64,000 bases of DNA, taken from NCBI GenBank assembly GCA_964620355.1, contig CAZUIT010000012.1:1070-65069 (forward strand), written 5' to 3'. Shown in pieces: positions 40,712 to 51,237 of this stretch. Under the pieces are notes generated by a model. The model made no database searches and was not told the origin of the DNA. It worked only from the letters and a program-made list of their open reading frames with translations. The DNA is from an uncultured Burkholderiales bacterium. Its GTDB lineage: Bacteria; Bacteroidota; Bacteroidia; UBA8524. The position numbers and the translations under genes are program-made. The stretch's first letter is position 1; every line of letters begins with the position of its first letter.

Positions 40712-41996
40712 TAAAACTATCTTATTTTGTCTATTGATGGGCACCTTTTGCCTCAGTAGTGATGCGCAAATTCAATATCGTTTAGATCGTAGTGTCTACG
40801 AACAGAATAAAAATGGACAATGGTCTCCATACCTTGTGCTTTCCTATGTACATAATGGAGGAGATCAAATTCTATCCAAGAAGCAAGTGAAGATCAATGC
40901 AAATGGTGACCGTGTCAATTTTGAACAAAAACTGTATACGTTCAATGCACAGAGCGGAATGCTTGAGACAAAGGAAGACCAAAGCTGGTCGGCCCAAACA
41001 TCAAGTTGGGTATCAACGAATAAATACGAGTACCTCAATGTCAATTCAAAGCGTATAACGATGAAGACTTTTAAATGGCAAACTTCTGATAGTACTTGGA
41101 ATATAAGCGATATTGATTCTTTTTTTTACGATACCAATGGCGATCAAATCGACCACAGCACGTATACGTGGGATAACACCGAATTCATCAAGTATTATGC
41201 GGTCCAAACCACATATAAATCGGCGGGGGTAAGGGACTCTGTAATTTCGTGGTCCCGTTCTTCACCGAGCAGACCTTTTTCCTATCATATATACTTCCAG
41301 AATGCAGCTGGAAAAGATACAGCAGTGCATGAATATCGGGTTGATAGGATTACTGGAAAAAAATCATTTACATCCATACTTCGTTTATTGAGAGATTCAA
41401 ATGGAATCGTGGTTAAGGAGGAACATTTGGTTGATTATATAAGCCCTGGTTCACTGGAAGTACTTCTAATCTATGACAATGAGGTGAATGAAAGGGTTGA
41501 TCATTCTTCTGTTTTATACGATACGGAATTAGAAGAAGAAGTCTATGCAGAGAAGGCCGTAGTACGAAGAATATTGTCTCTCGAAAAGGGCGGAAGCTGG
41601 GGACAGAGTACACGGGGTACCTACTACTATGATACGAAGTTGCCGAATAGCCTGATACAGCTTGAAACATCTGAGATTTTTATTTATCCAAACCCTTGCA
41701 CTGATTTGATTCAGTTGGAGCTATTAAAATTTCCTGAGGCAGCCAATATTCGGATATTCGACATGCGCGGGAAGCAAGTCTTGAATCAGAATTTGAGTGA
41801 ATCAAATACGGTAGAAGTGGCTAGCTTGAATGCGGGGGTATTTATACTACAGGTGCTCGAAAGCAATGGTAATGTAGTGGGCATCTCCAAATTTATAAAG
41901 AAATAGACGGCTTTAGGGAAGCTATTTCCATAGTGTCATTCATCGGGTAGGTTGTGCTTGAATTGGAACTGCAGAGCCAAAATCAGATATTGCAAG

Positions 41997-43205
41997 ATGG
42001 ACTTCGTAAAATCGACACTCGTTTGGTTGGCTGGAACCTGTTTTGCTTTATCAGCTCAGGCTCAAATTAACTACCGCCTAGATAGTACTGTCATAGAGAA
42101 AATGACCAATGGCAGTTGGACTCCATATGGCATCTATAGTTATGTGCATAATGGCGGGAATCATTTTGAGTCGTGGACGTATTCTGTATTCGATGTAAAT
42201 GGGATTCGTACCAATTCTCAGAACACGGAATTCACCTATGATGTACAAACCAACATGTTGGAAAGAAGAGAGATCAAATATTGGTCGGGTAACAACTCCG
42301 CATGGGTTAATTCGCAGGCCAAAAACTACCATTATGTAAATAATAAACTGGCTTCGATAGATGCGTTTACCTGGCAAGGAGGCTCTAGCTCTTGGAAGAA
42401 TAATAGTATCGACTCTTTTTTTTATGATGGCAATGGCGACCAAATTGTCAAGGTGACCTATTCGTTGAAGCAAGGCGTTTTCGAACCTTATGCACGCACC
42501 GAGTATTCCTATAAATCTGCGGGAATAATGGATACGTTGAAATATGGGCTAGTCTATGGAACCAAATGGACGATGAGCTCAGCAAGTGTTTACTACCAAG
42601 ATGTACAGGGGAGAGATACTGCGGTGAATCAATATTCAGTTAATGTGAGTAATGGAAAATATTCCTTGCAGACGAAATACCGTTATGTTCGCAATACTAC
42701 TGGTGATTGCATTCGCTTTGAGACCTTAAGATTTGATTTTGTATTAGGAGATTGGGCAGTGATTTCTGCCGATGATTATGAGGTGAATGGTGCCGTTAAG
42801 AGGGAGAATATCCTCATAGATTCCGATAGCTACGTTGCTGGTTTATTTGAAAATACCTTAACGCGCAATACGGTTTCAAAAACGCAAAGTGGAACCTTGT
42901 CTCCGCAAACAAGGAGCACTTATTATTATGATTCGGCCCTGCCAAATGGATTGAAGCCAATGAATAGTCAAGATTTGAAGATTTATCCAAATCCAAGTAC
43001 GAGTCAAATTCATTTGAATATTGATGAATTTCCAACAGCCAAAACATGGATTCTTCATGACCTACATGGAAAGAAATACATCAGCCAAACAATCACTGGA
43101 AATGCAGAAATGGATGTGATAAGCCTTTCTTCGGGGCTGTATGTTCTTAAGCTACTCGATGCCAATGGGAGAGCTCTTGGCATGGCTAAGTTTATCAAAG
43201 AGTAA
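41997..43205 (+). CDS. T9SS type A domain protein, paralog of the upstream gene
   Basis: Signal peptide ..AQAQINYRLD; shares SYVHNGG, IDSFFYD.NGDQI and RxTYYYD with the upstream ORF; IYPNPS CTD. Confidence 0.88.
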   Translation: MDFVKSTLVWLAGTCFALSAQAQINYRLDSTVIEKMTNGSWTPYGIYSYVHNGGNHFESWTYSVFDVNGIRTNSQNTEFTYDVQTNMLERREIKYWSGNNSAWVNSQAKNYHYVNNKLASIDAFTWQGGSSSWKNNSIDSFFYDGNGDQIVKVTYSLKQGVFEPYARTEYSYKSAGIMDTLKYGLVYGTKWTMSSASVYYQDVQGRDTAVNQYSVNVSNGKYSLQTKYRYVRNTTGDCIRFETLRFDFVLGDWAVISADDYEVNGAVKRENILIDSDSYVAGLFENTLTRNTVSKTQSGTLSPQTRSTYYYDSALPNGLKPMNSQDLKIYPNPSTSQIHLNIDEFPTAKTWILHDLHGKKYISQTITGNAEMDVISLSSGLYVLKLLDANGRALGMAKFIKE

Positions 43206-43212
43206 ATATCCC

Positions 43213-43569
43213 ATGAGCGAAGTATCTACCTATATCAGCAGCTTTCCTACCGAGGTTCAGTCAATTCTTGAACAGATCCGCGTTCTGGTTAAAGAAACGG
43301 TTCCCGAAGCACAAGAAAGCATGAGTTATGGCATCATTGGCTACAAACTGAATAATAAGCCATTGGTCTATTTCGGAGCATTTAAAAAGCATATTGGATT
43401 TTACGCTACACCACAAGGACATGAAGCTTTCTCCGGGGAATTGGCTCATTACAAACAAGGCAAAGGCTCGGTCCAGTTTCCGCTAAATAAGGAAATGCCT
43501 TATGATTTGATGAGACGGATTACCCATTATAAAGAGGCGCAAATAAAGGGTGGGAATAGAAAAGGATAA
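43213..43569 (+). CDS. YdhG/DUF1801 family (iron chaperone-like) protein
   Basis: PEAQESMSYG, YFGAFKKHIGFY and GKGSVQFP motifs. Confidence 0.88.
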   Translation: MSEVSTYISSFPTEVQSILEQIRVLVKETVPEAQESMSYGIIGYKLNNKPLVYFGAFKKHIGFYATPQGHEAFSGELAHYKQGKGSVQFPLNKEMPYDLMRRITHYKEAQIKGGNRKG

Positions 43570-44082
43570 TCAAGATCTCTTCTGAAATCTACTTCAAGAG
43601 CGAAGGGTTGGTGCTGGCCATGACTTTCTGTTTGGTTGTAATGCAAAATTTTAATTGACGTACCATGGAGGTGTTTTTGAAAGATTGAACTTTTAACAAA
43701 TCAGCCGATTGAATCGTCAACTGATGCAAGCCTATGTCTTTTTCATTGTATTAACTGCAGCAATGAATGGAGCTCTTTGTCTCCTATTCATGCCGATAAA
43801 TTAAAATGGATCATTTTTCATGCGTTGGAGTATTGTGCTGGTGGACATGGATTGGATTCTCGTTTTTTAACCTTTAATGTTATGGTCCTTAAGTTAGCGG
43901 GCGAAAGGACCGTTAGTTTTTTGATATTTCAAAATCAGCATCGGATACAATGTGTGCAGGAGCTTTGCATGCTTTCTTTTCGTTCAATATTGCTGTCTTT
44001 TGGTGGAAATCATGAATAAAGATGTGAATTAATTTACTCAAGCCTTTTTATTTCTAAACGATTGGTTAGTTTTGCAGTCGGC

Positions 44083-44520
44083 ATGAATAAATTGAGTAAA
44101 GGATTGATAGGAGTTAGCAGTTTGGGAATGGCTTTGATATTGACGCGTTTTGCTGTATCTAAACTTGCTGGGTGGGAGATTTCCATAAAAGCATTTATTG
44201 AAATGGCCCAGCCTCTAGGAATTGATCCTACATTATTTCGGGTGTCTACAGGAATCGTTTTATTGCTCGTTGTATTGGCTTACGCGGCAACCGCACTGTA
44301 TTCAGTCCAAGAAAAACGCTTGGCACCTCGTATCAAATTGAACTACTCCAAATTTGCCAGCTTATCCAATCTCGCAGGACTTCTCACTATGGCTGGGGCC
44401 TTATTAGCAGAATTCTATCTGCGTCTCGAACCCAAATGGCTTTTGGTGTATATCGCCATTGGCATCATTCTTTTTTCATCCATCAACATCTATCTCCTAA
44501 ACAAAAAAAAATACGATTAA
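44083..44520 (+). CDS. Four-TM membrane protein (DoxX-like)
   Basis: Hydrophobic helices; TAATG coupling to the next gene. Confidence 0.65.
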   Translation: MNKLSKGLIGVSSLGMALILTRFAVSKLAGWEISIKAFIEMAQPLGIDPTLFRVSTGIVLLLVVLAYAATALYSVQEKRLAPRIKLNYSKFASLSNLAGLLTMAGALLAEFYLRLEPKWLLVYIAIGIILFSSINIYLLNKKKYD

Positions 44521-45296
44521 TGAAACGCATCCACTTACTATCAACTGTACTAATGGCTTTATTTCTGTTTTCCTGTGGCAATTCGAATTCGCCCAAAACA
44601 GCACAAAATGATACCGATTCACTACCAACGATTATGGAAGAACCAACAAACTTGGCTTCGGCCTTAACGGAGAGGAAGAATAATTCCGCCAAAAAAATTG
44701 ACAGTATAACAGGGCGAATCTATAAAGATGGACTCGAAGCGGTGAAACTTAGTGGAGTATTAGAGTCGGCAAAACAAGTCGGAGATATGGCCCCTGATTT
44801 TTCTTTGCAAAATGCGGTGGGGAACACGGTCAATCTCAAGGAATATCTAAAAAAGGGTCCGGTAGTATTGACTTGGTACCGGGGAGGATGGTGTCCATAT
44901 TGCAACCTTACCTTGCATTATCTTCAACAAGAACTTCCTCACTTTAAAGCAGAAGGAGCCAACCTTATAGCCATTTCACCCGAAATGCCAGATGAGTCGA
45001 TAAGTACCACCGAAAAAAATGACCTCGAATTTCAGATTCTCAGTGACCAAGGAAATACGGTAGCCAAAGAATACGGCGTTTCGTATACCCTCACCGAAGA
45101 TTTAGCAAATGTGTATAACAAGAAGTTTGATCTGAATCAGCACAATGGAGATAGCTCCAATCAATTGCCCATTGCGGCAACCTATATCATCAATCAAGAA
45201 GGAAAAATCGTTTATGCTTTCCTTGATTTCGACTATAGAAACAGGGCTGAGCCAGCGGATCTCACCGCCTTCCTAAAAACGATGAACGCGAACTAA
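44520..45296 (+). CDS. Peroxiredoxin-like (AhpC/TSA) lipoprotein
   Basis: Lipobox LFSC; GDMAPDF, YRGGWCPYC and DYRNRAEP motifs. Confidence 0.9.
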   Translation: MKRIHLLSTVLMALFLFSCGNSNSPKTAQNDTDSLPTIMEEPTNLASALTERKNNSAKKIDSITGRIYKDGLEAVKLSGVLESAKQVGDMAPDFSLQNAVGNTVNLKEYLKKGPVVLTWYRGGWCPYCNLTLHYLQQELPHFKAEGANLIAISPEMPDESISTTEKNDLEFQILSDQGNTVAKEYGVSYTLTEDLANVYNKKFDLNQHNGDSSNQLPIAATYIINQEGKIVYAFLDFDYRNRAEPADLTAFLKTMNAN

Positions 45297-45325
45297 TTGC
45301 TACTTTTGGAATCAAGCAAATGCTT

Positions 45326-45892
45326 ATGGCCAGAAAAAAGGAGTATAGTGAAAGCGAAGTAGTCGAAAAAGCCATGCACCTGTTTTGGAAACATGGTTTT
45401 GAATGCACCTCCATGCAGATGCTGGAAAAGGAGATGGGCATCAATAAGTTTTCTATCTATTCGAGTTTCGGCAATAAAGACGGCGTATTGATTGAAAGTC
45501 TGAAGTGCTATAAACAAAAGCTCAATCAGCTCATCGAGAAACTCCATGCTTCTCAAAATGGCATTGCTGGCATCAAAGCTTATTTTTATGATTTTGTGCC
45601 ATTTTCTCAGGAGAATGATTCCAGCAAAGGCTGTTTAATTACCAATATCACGAATGAGCTGAGCGCAGATACAGATGAGCGAATACGTGCGCTCTTACAA
45701 GAATACACGAGCGATGTGCGTGATGCCTTTTTGATGAATCTGTCGCAAGAATCCACTGACAGCAGCGTGGAATTGTCTAAACAAGCAGATTACCTGCTTA
45801 TCGCTATGTTCGGACTATCCTCCGCTTGTAAGGTCTTCAGCAAAACACAGGTGGAAAATTATATTGAACAAGTATTTGCAAAGAAACAATAG
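45326..45892 (+). CDS. TetR/AcrR family regulator
   Basis: MARKKEY...AMHLFWKHGFE.TS...GINKFSIYSSFGNK; GCLITN. Confidence 0.92.
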   Translation: MARKKEYSESEVVEKAMHLFWKHGFECTSMQMLEKEMGINKFSIYSSFGNKDGVLIESLKCYKQKLNQLIEKLHASQNGIAGIKAYFYDFVPFSQENDSSKGCLITNITNELSADTDERIRALLQEYTSDVRDAFLMNLSQESTDSSVELSKQADYLLIAMFGLSSACKVFSKTQVENYIEQVFAKKQ

Positions 45893-45900
45893 GGAGAATA

Positions 45901-45935
45901 GGGTGCGCTCATTCACGTGAGCGTGCCCTTTTTCC
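45901..45935 (+). terminator. Rho-independent terminator
   Basis: GGGTGCGCTCA-ttcacg-TGAGCGTGCCC followed by TTTTT. Confidence 0.75.
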
Positions 45936-46090
45936 TTTTATCGGCAGAACTTTACCTGAGGCTGACTTACTGTTCACAGATAGCAAGGGCTTTCGAAGAT
46001 ATTGGTCTTTTCTAAAGTTAATATTTAGGGCATTTTATTTCCAATTCAATTCTTGGTAACAATAATTTAATTAGCTGACCCTCTTCATTA

Positions 46091-46106
46091 ATCGTAATAT
46101 TGCAAT
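46091..46106. promoter_or_regulatory. Putative ArsR operator
   Basis: Imperfect palindrome ATCGTAATATTGCAAT just upstream of arsC. Confidence 0.55.
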
Positions 46107-46120
46107 GAATAAAGGAATGC

Positions 46121-46801
46121 ATGGGATTGATCCAAACTGATTTCTGCTTCACGAAAAATGACATGGAAATGACCGAAAGACAAAGCAAGCTTTTTATTGA
46201 ACTCGAACGTTATATCGGGCAATTGGATGTTCAAAGCATTCCTACTGAAAGGAAGGCCATTTTGCAGCCATTGATTGATGCGATTCAATCGAAAGTACAC
46301 CTTGGGCATAAAATTCGTTTGAATTTCATCTGCACGCATAACTCACGAAGGAGTCATCTATCACAGGTTTGGGCCCAGGCAATGGCGGATTATTTTCATG
46401 TGTCGGATGTGTTTTGTTATTCAGGAGGAACTGAAGCAACTGCGCTCTATCCCATGATTGCCGAAACTTTAAAATGCGCAGGGTTTCAGATTCAATTGCT
46501 TTCTCAAGGCAATAACCCAATTCACGGTATAAAATTCGCGGAAAATGAGCCGCCCATCATTGGCTTTTCAAAAAAGATGGACGATCAATTTAATCCCCAA
46601 TCGGAGTTTATAGCCATCATGACCTGTGACTCGGCCAATGAAGCATGTCCGATTGTTCCCGGAGCGGAGAAGCGTATTCCAATTACGTATGAAGACCCCA
46701 AAGCATTCGACGAAACAGCTTTCCAAGCGGAAAAATACCAGGAAAGAAGCCAACAAATTGCCACAGAAATGTATTTCATATTCTCTCAAATCAAAGCGTA
46801 G
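46121..46801 (+). CDS. arsC: Arsenate reductase, low-molecular-weight PTP fold (start uncertain: 46121, 46163 or 46169)
   Basis: FICTHNSRRS P-loop, MTCDSANEACP, YEDPK; adjacent to acr3. Confidence 0.85.
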   Translation: MGLIQTDFCFTKNDMEMTERQSKLFIELERYIGQLDVQSIPTERKAILQPLIDAIQSKVHLGHKIRLNFICTHNSRRSHLSQVWAQAMADYFHVSDVFCYSGGTEATALYPMIAETLKCAGFQIQLLSQGNNPIHGIKFAENEPPIIGFSKKMDDQFNPQSEFIAIMTCDSANEACPIVPGAEKRIPITYEDPKAFDETAFQAEKYQERSQQIATEMYFIFSQIKA

Positions 46802-47845
46802 ATGATTCCGACAAAGAAGTTAAGTTTTCTCGACAGCTATTTAACGCTATGGATTTTTGCAGCGATGGCTGTGGGTGTTGGACTCGGCTATTTTATTCCA
46901 AGCTTGCCAACGCTCATCCATAGCTATAGCAGTGGTACAACCAATATACCGATTGCGATTGGTCTTATTTTGATGATGTATCCTCCCTTGGCCAAGGTCA
47001 ACTATGCGCTTTTACCAAAGGTTTTCAGAAACACCAAGATTCTTTCCATTTCATTGATTCTAAACTGGGTTGTTGGTCCTGTTTTAATGTTTCTATTGGC
47101 CATTGCTTTTTTACGGGATTATCCGGAATACATGGTTGGCTTGATTTTAATAGGCTTGGCCCGCTGTATTGCCATGGTTTTGGTATGGAATGATTTGGCC
47201 GAAGGGAGCAGTGAATATGGGGCAGCCTTAGTTGCCTTAAACAGCATTTTTCAAGTATTCGCCTATAGTTTTTATGCTTGGATATTTATTACTGTTCTTC
47301 CACCATATTTCGGATTTGATGGGGCGATAATCGATATTTCAATTGCCACCATCGCGGAGAGCGTAGCCATCTATTTAGGAATTCCGTTTATGATGGGAAT
47401 ACTGAGCAGGCTACTATTGGTGCGCTTGAAAGGAGAGGACTGGTATACTAAAAAGTTTATTCCTTTCATTTCTCCTATCACCTTAATCGCGCTCTTATTT
47501 ACTATTCTTGTGATGTTCTCCTTGAAAGGAGAGCTTATCGTTCAAATTCCAATGGACGTGCTAATAATTGCCGTGCCATTGCTCATCTATTTTACACTGA
47601 TGTTCTTAATCGGTTTTTTTATCAGCAAGGCTGTTGGCGCAGAATACGATAAAACGGCAGCGGTGGCTTTTACCGCAGCTGGGAATAATTTTGAACTCGC
47701 TATCGCTGTGGCCATCGCCGTTTTCGGATTGAACTCCGGACAAGCCTTTGCGGGAGTGATTGGTCCATTGGTTGAAGTTCCTGCATTGATTGTATTGATG
47801 CGGGTTTCCTTTTGGTTAAAAAAGCGATATTACTTACCGCGATAA
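46802..47845 (+). CDS. acr3: ACR3 family arsenite efflux transporter
   Basis: [33 protein letters not shown] and GPLVEVP motifs. Confidence 0.96.
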   Translation: MIPTKKLSFLDSYLTLWIFAAMAVGVGLGYFIPSLPTLIHSYSSGTTNIPIAIGLILMMYPPLAKVNYALLPKVFRNTKILSISLILNWVVGPVLMFLLAIAFLRDYPEYMVGLILIGLARCIAMVLVWNDLAEGSSEYGAALVALNSIFQVFAYSFYAWIFITVLPPYFGFDGAIIDISIATIAESVAIYLGIPFMMGILSRLLLVRLKGEDWYTKKFIPFISPITLIALLFTILVMFSLKGELIVQIPMDVLIIAVPLLIYFTLMFLIGFFISKAVGAEYDKTAAVAFTAAGNNFELAIAVAIAVFGLNSGQAFAGVIGPLVEVPALIVLMRVSFWLKKRYYLPR

Positions 47846-47937
47846 GATGATCCCTTGCAGGCGTAGTCAGGCTGCTGTAACCAAATCGACTTTTATTCGT
47901 TTCTATTAAAGCAAAAGGGGAGAATAGAACGAAAAGT

Positions 47938-48669
47938 ATGATGGTATTGGTAGTGGGTGCAAGTGGTGCAACTGGAAGGAAATTAGTGGATCAGCTAATT
48001 ATGCTCGGGCAGCAGGTAAAGGTAGTAGTGCGGGCTTCAAGCCAGCTGCCAGCCCATTGGAATGAATCGAATCAAATTCATATTATTACATCAAACATTC
48101 TAGACTTTAGTGAGGTTGAATTGAGGGGGCTAGTTCAGGATTGTTCTGCGATAGCATCATGTTTGGGACATAATATGACTTGGAAAGGCATCTACGGAGA
48201 CCCTAAAAAGCTGGTGACGGATGCCACGCGAAGACTTTGTAAGGCAGTAGAAATGAATGCTCCCAAAGAAGCGGTCAAGTTTGTATTGATGAATACCACG
48301 GGGAACAGAAATCGGGATTTAAACGAACCGATCTCCTTTGCAGAGAAAGCAGCCCTGGGGTTTTTTCGTTTACTCTTGCCACCTCATACCGACAATGAAG
48401 CCGCCGCCGACTACTTACGAAGTGAAATTGGTCAAAATAACACATCCATCAGCTGGGTTGCTGTACGTCCAGACAGTTTACTCCATGAAGAAGAAGTATC
48501 TGACTATTCCCTTTTTCCATCCCCAATACGCAGTGCTCTTTTTAAACCGGGAAAAACCAGTCGCATCAATGTTGCCCATTTTATGGCTACCTTGGTTTAT
48601 GATAATTCATTATGGCTAAAGTGGAAAGGCCAGATGCCAGTAATTTATAATAGGGCCTCCTTAGATTGA
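47938..48669 (+). CDS. NAD(P)-binding oxidoreductase (BVR-B-like)
   Basis: VVGASGATG Rossmann motif, WVAVRP, SRINVAHFM. Confidence 0.88.
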   Translation: MMVLVVGASGATGRKLVDQLIMLGQQVKVVVRASSQLPAHWNESNQIHIITSNILDFSEVELRGLVQDCSAIASCLGHNMTWKGIYGDPKKLVTDATRRLCKAVEMNAPKEAVKFVLMNTTGNRNRDLNEPISFAEKAALGFFRLLLPPHTDNEAAADYLRSEIGQNNTSISWVAVRPDSLLHEEEVSDYSLFPSPIRSALFKPGKTSRINVAHFMATLVYDNSLWLKWKGQMPVIYNRASLD

Positions 48670-49029
48670 TTCTTAAGGACTTGCGTGAATGCATTTGACG
48701 GTGCTGAATTATGCATCTCCTCCAATTTAAAATATATTGCAAGACACTGGATGATATCAGCCTTGAAAATCACGGATAAAAAAAATACGTATTTCATGTT
48801 CGACCCCCAACAAGACTTTCTCTCGCGTCATCCCGAGCAAAGCACGTGCAATATTATCTTTAAGATGGATACTAAGCGAAGCCGAGGGACCGCGCAATAT
48901 GCTGCCCAAGCGCAGAACTATTCACTCGGTACTGAACAATACGAGTGAATGAGGTAATTTGTAACTTCTAAACGAACACAGTTAAAAGAACAATATTATG
49001 GAGGCTACGGAGCCATTAGGCATTGATCC

Positions 49030-49608
49030 ATGAAACCGACAAAACATCCAAAGAGACTAAAATTAACAATCATCGAGCGATTGAAACATTTTTCAATTCC
49101 ACTTTTACTATCTGGATTGACAGCGTTCGTCATCCATACGGAGTATTTTTCGAGTGAACAGTTGACGACGAATCAATTCGTGCCTCCTGGTGAGCCTGCC
49201 AAGTTTTCATTTTTCTGGCTTGTACTATCTCTGGCTTTATTTATCGTTCAATTCTGGAAGTTGAGATATAAGACAATAGCGATTTCCTTGCCGCCAAAAG
49301 AATTTAAAATCAGAGTCCAAGAGATTGGGGATGAATTGGGATGGTCTTTCGGCACCTTAAATCAAAATGAGGCGGTTGCGTATAGCCAGGACAACTTTAT
49401 AGGATGGTTTGAACGAATTACCATTATTCGAAAGAAGAATGAGCTACTCATTAATAGCATTGAGAATCCGGTTTACAATGAGCAATCTATCTTCCTTTTG
49501 TCATTCAGAAACAGACGAAATATTCAATCCTTCAAGAAAAAGATTATTGCCACGACTAATTCTTTACCTAATCCAAGCGACAGAGGTTGGACTGAATTTC
49601 AGGCTTAG
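49030..49608 (+). CDS. Hypothetical two-TM membrane protein
   Basis: 192-aa ORF with two hydrophobic segments. Confidence 0.65.
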   Translation: MKPTKHPKRLKLTIIERLKHFSIPLLLSGLTAFVIHTEYFSSEQLTTNQFVPPGEPAKFSFFWLVLSLALFIVQFWKLRYKTIAISLPPKEFKIRVQEIGDELGWSFGTLNQNEAVAYSQDNFIGWFERITIIRKKNELLINSIENPVYNEQSIFLLSFRNRRNIQSFKKKIIATTNSLPNPSDRGWTEFQA

Positions 49609-49620
49609 ACATTAGACAGT

Positions 49621-49674
49621 CTGTGGACTGTCGACTGTCGACTGTGGACTATTTCAAACTATGGTCTATGGTCC
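49621..49674. repeat. Heptamer microrepeat (CTGTGGA/CTGTCGA/CTATGGT)
   Basis: ctgtggactgtcgactgtcgactgtggact...ctatggtctatggtc; same family at 56320 and in the CDS at 3509-3538. Confidence 0.75.
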
Positions 49675-49746
49675 TTTTTCTCCCTTGGACTTTTCAAGCA
49701 ATTATCCCTTACTTTGTTAACCATGTCTCACAAGGGAGAAATAACC

Positions 49747-50334
49747 ATGTTCGACCCCCAACAAGCCCTGATGGATTTAATGGATCGCGGTGGCCTATTT
49801 GGTGAAGATGAACGCAGAGAAATTGCTTCATTGATTCCAATTCGGGAAGCAAAGAGGGGTGAGCTATTGATGAAAGAAGGGGAGATTTATTCTCGCTGCT
49901 ATTTTGTACTCAAGGGCTTGGTGCGTCAGTTTTACGAGATGGAGGGAGAAGAAAAAACTACCGCATTCTTTTCAGAAAATCAAGCAGTAGCTTCCTTCAC
50001 ACATTATACCATGCAAAAGCCGTCGGATCACTATTTGGCCTGCGTGGAAGATTCCATTTTAGTTGTTGGCGAGTTTGATGTGGAGCCACTTATGTTCGAG
50101 AAATACCCAGCTTTGGAGAAACTAACCCGCATTATGATGGGAGAGGACATGGCCAAAACACAAGAACGACTCTCCGCTTTTGTCACCTCTTCACCAGAGA
50201 AACGGTATCTCGACTTTTTAGAAACACGTCCGGAGCTCGTGCAACGAGTGCCTTTGCATCAGATTGCGAGTTATTTAGGCATTACGCCTGAATCGCTGAG
50301 TCGGATTAGGAAGCGCTTAATGAAGTCTGAATAG
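49747..50334 (+). CDS. Crp/Fnr family cNMP-binding regulator
   Basis: YFVLKGLVRQFY and RVPLHQIASYLGITPESLSRIRK motifs. Confidence 0.92.
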   Translation: MFDPQQALMDLMDRGGLFGEDERREIASLIPIREAKRGELLMKEGEIYSRCYFVLKGLVRQFYEMEGEEKTTAFFSENQAVASFTHYTMQKPSDHYLACVEDSILVVGEFDVEPLMFEKYPALEKLTRIMMGEDMAKTQERLSAFVTSSPEKRYLDFLETRPELVQRVPLHQIASYLGITPESLSRIRKRLMKSE

Positions 50335-50986
50335 CCTTTCCTCTTTTGGCAATAAGCCAGATCGCAAATAAAAGTTCACCTAATGCCATCGGCAATGAAA
50401 AGCCCTTTTCAATCAGTGCTGCAGTTTCTGAATGAACCGGAATGTGCTTTACTCCATGACTAAGCACATAAGAAAGGCCCGCTAAAAACACCAAATACGC
50501 CAACCACTTCGGCGACCAATGAAAGCGGAATTGGACGAACGCTATCGACATTAGATGCAGTCCGAAGAGAATCAGTCCCCAAGACCAGATATTCATAAAG
50601 GCATCAATATGATGAAGTACAGCGGCTTCATCGCCTAACTCAACAAGAGAAGGAATCAAGCTCAATTGATAGATTGCCAAGGCGAAGATGATTCCATAAA
50701 CAATACGTGATCCCGCCACGAGCTTAGACCAAAATGAATGTATAGGGTTGAGAACATAACATAAGCCATAGGCCGCAAGAAGATCCATAGTCAGAATAAA
50801 CCACCAGCCATTGATGCCCATTTTAAAGGAGTCAAGATTTTGCAAAATAGCTGCAAAGGTGGCCGATGCATCGTTCACATGGTAAACAGGGGAAAGAACG
50901 AATCCAAAGGAATAGATGGCAGTAATGGCCATAAGAAGAATAGCGATGCCCGAAATAAGCGCAGCCGGACGAGATGATGTTTGCAT
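50306..50986 (-). CDS. DUF4386 family membrane protein
   Basis: Six TM helices; GLILFGLHL and GELLFAIWL motifs. Confidence 0.78.
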   Translation of the reverse strand: MQTSSRPAALISGIAILLMAITAIYSFGFVLSPVYHVNDASATFAAILQNLDSFKMGINGWWFILTMDLLAAYGLCYVLNPIHSFWSKLVAGSRIVYGIIFALAIYQLSLIPSLVELGDEAAVLHHIDAFMNIWSWGLILFGLHLMSIAFVQFRFHWSPKWLAYLVFLAGLSYVLSHGVKHIPVHSETAALIEKGFSLPMALGELLFAIWLIAKRGKAIQTSLSAS

Positions 50987-51176
50987 AGCAGTGATTTAAT
51001 ACCACAAAAGTAAATGCACCGTTTCGGTTAGTCCCTTGACTAAAGTTAAGAAAGCAGGGGGGAGGTTTTTTTGCTCTGCACTCCACGCTCCAACGCGCAC
51101 TTTCTTTGAATCGGAGAGGGTGGTTTCGTAGGTTAGTAAGTAGGTGGTTTTGGACTGACAATCTGGAGTCTGTTTA

Positions 51177-51237
51177 TCTCGAACTCTCGAAACCTCGCAA
51201 TCTCGAACTCTCGCAATCTCGAACTCTCGCAATCTCG
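51177..51237. repeat. Octamer microrepeat (TCTCGAAC/TCTCGCAA)n
   Basis: About 7-8 tandem units. Confidence 0.8.

Larger units (their letters stand above)
39684..41906 (+). pseudogene. T9SS type A domain protein interrupted by an IS in its signal peptide
   Basis: Removing the IS and one TSD restores MPVFKTILFCLLMGTFCLSSDAQIQY..., in frame with ORF 40734-41906; C-terminus IYPNP...IFDMRGK...KFIKK. Confidence 0.85.

Noticed and set aside
43570-44060. Long spacer with an 80-aa ORF
   Set aside because: No recognisable family; it may be a decayed gene but I cannot support that.
48685-48948. 87-aa ORF
   Set aside because: Spans the duplicated crp start and a split REP; unlikely to be a real gene.
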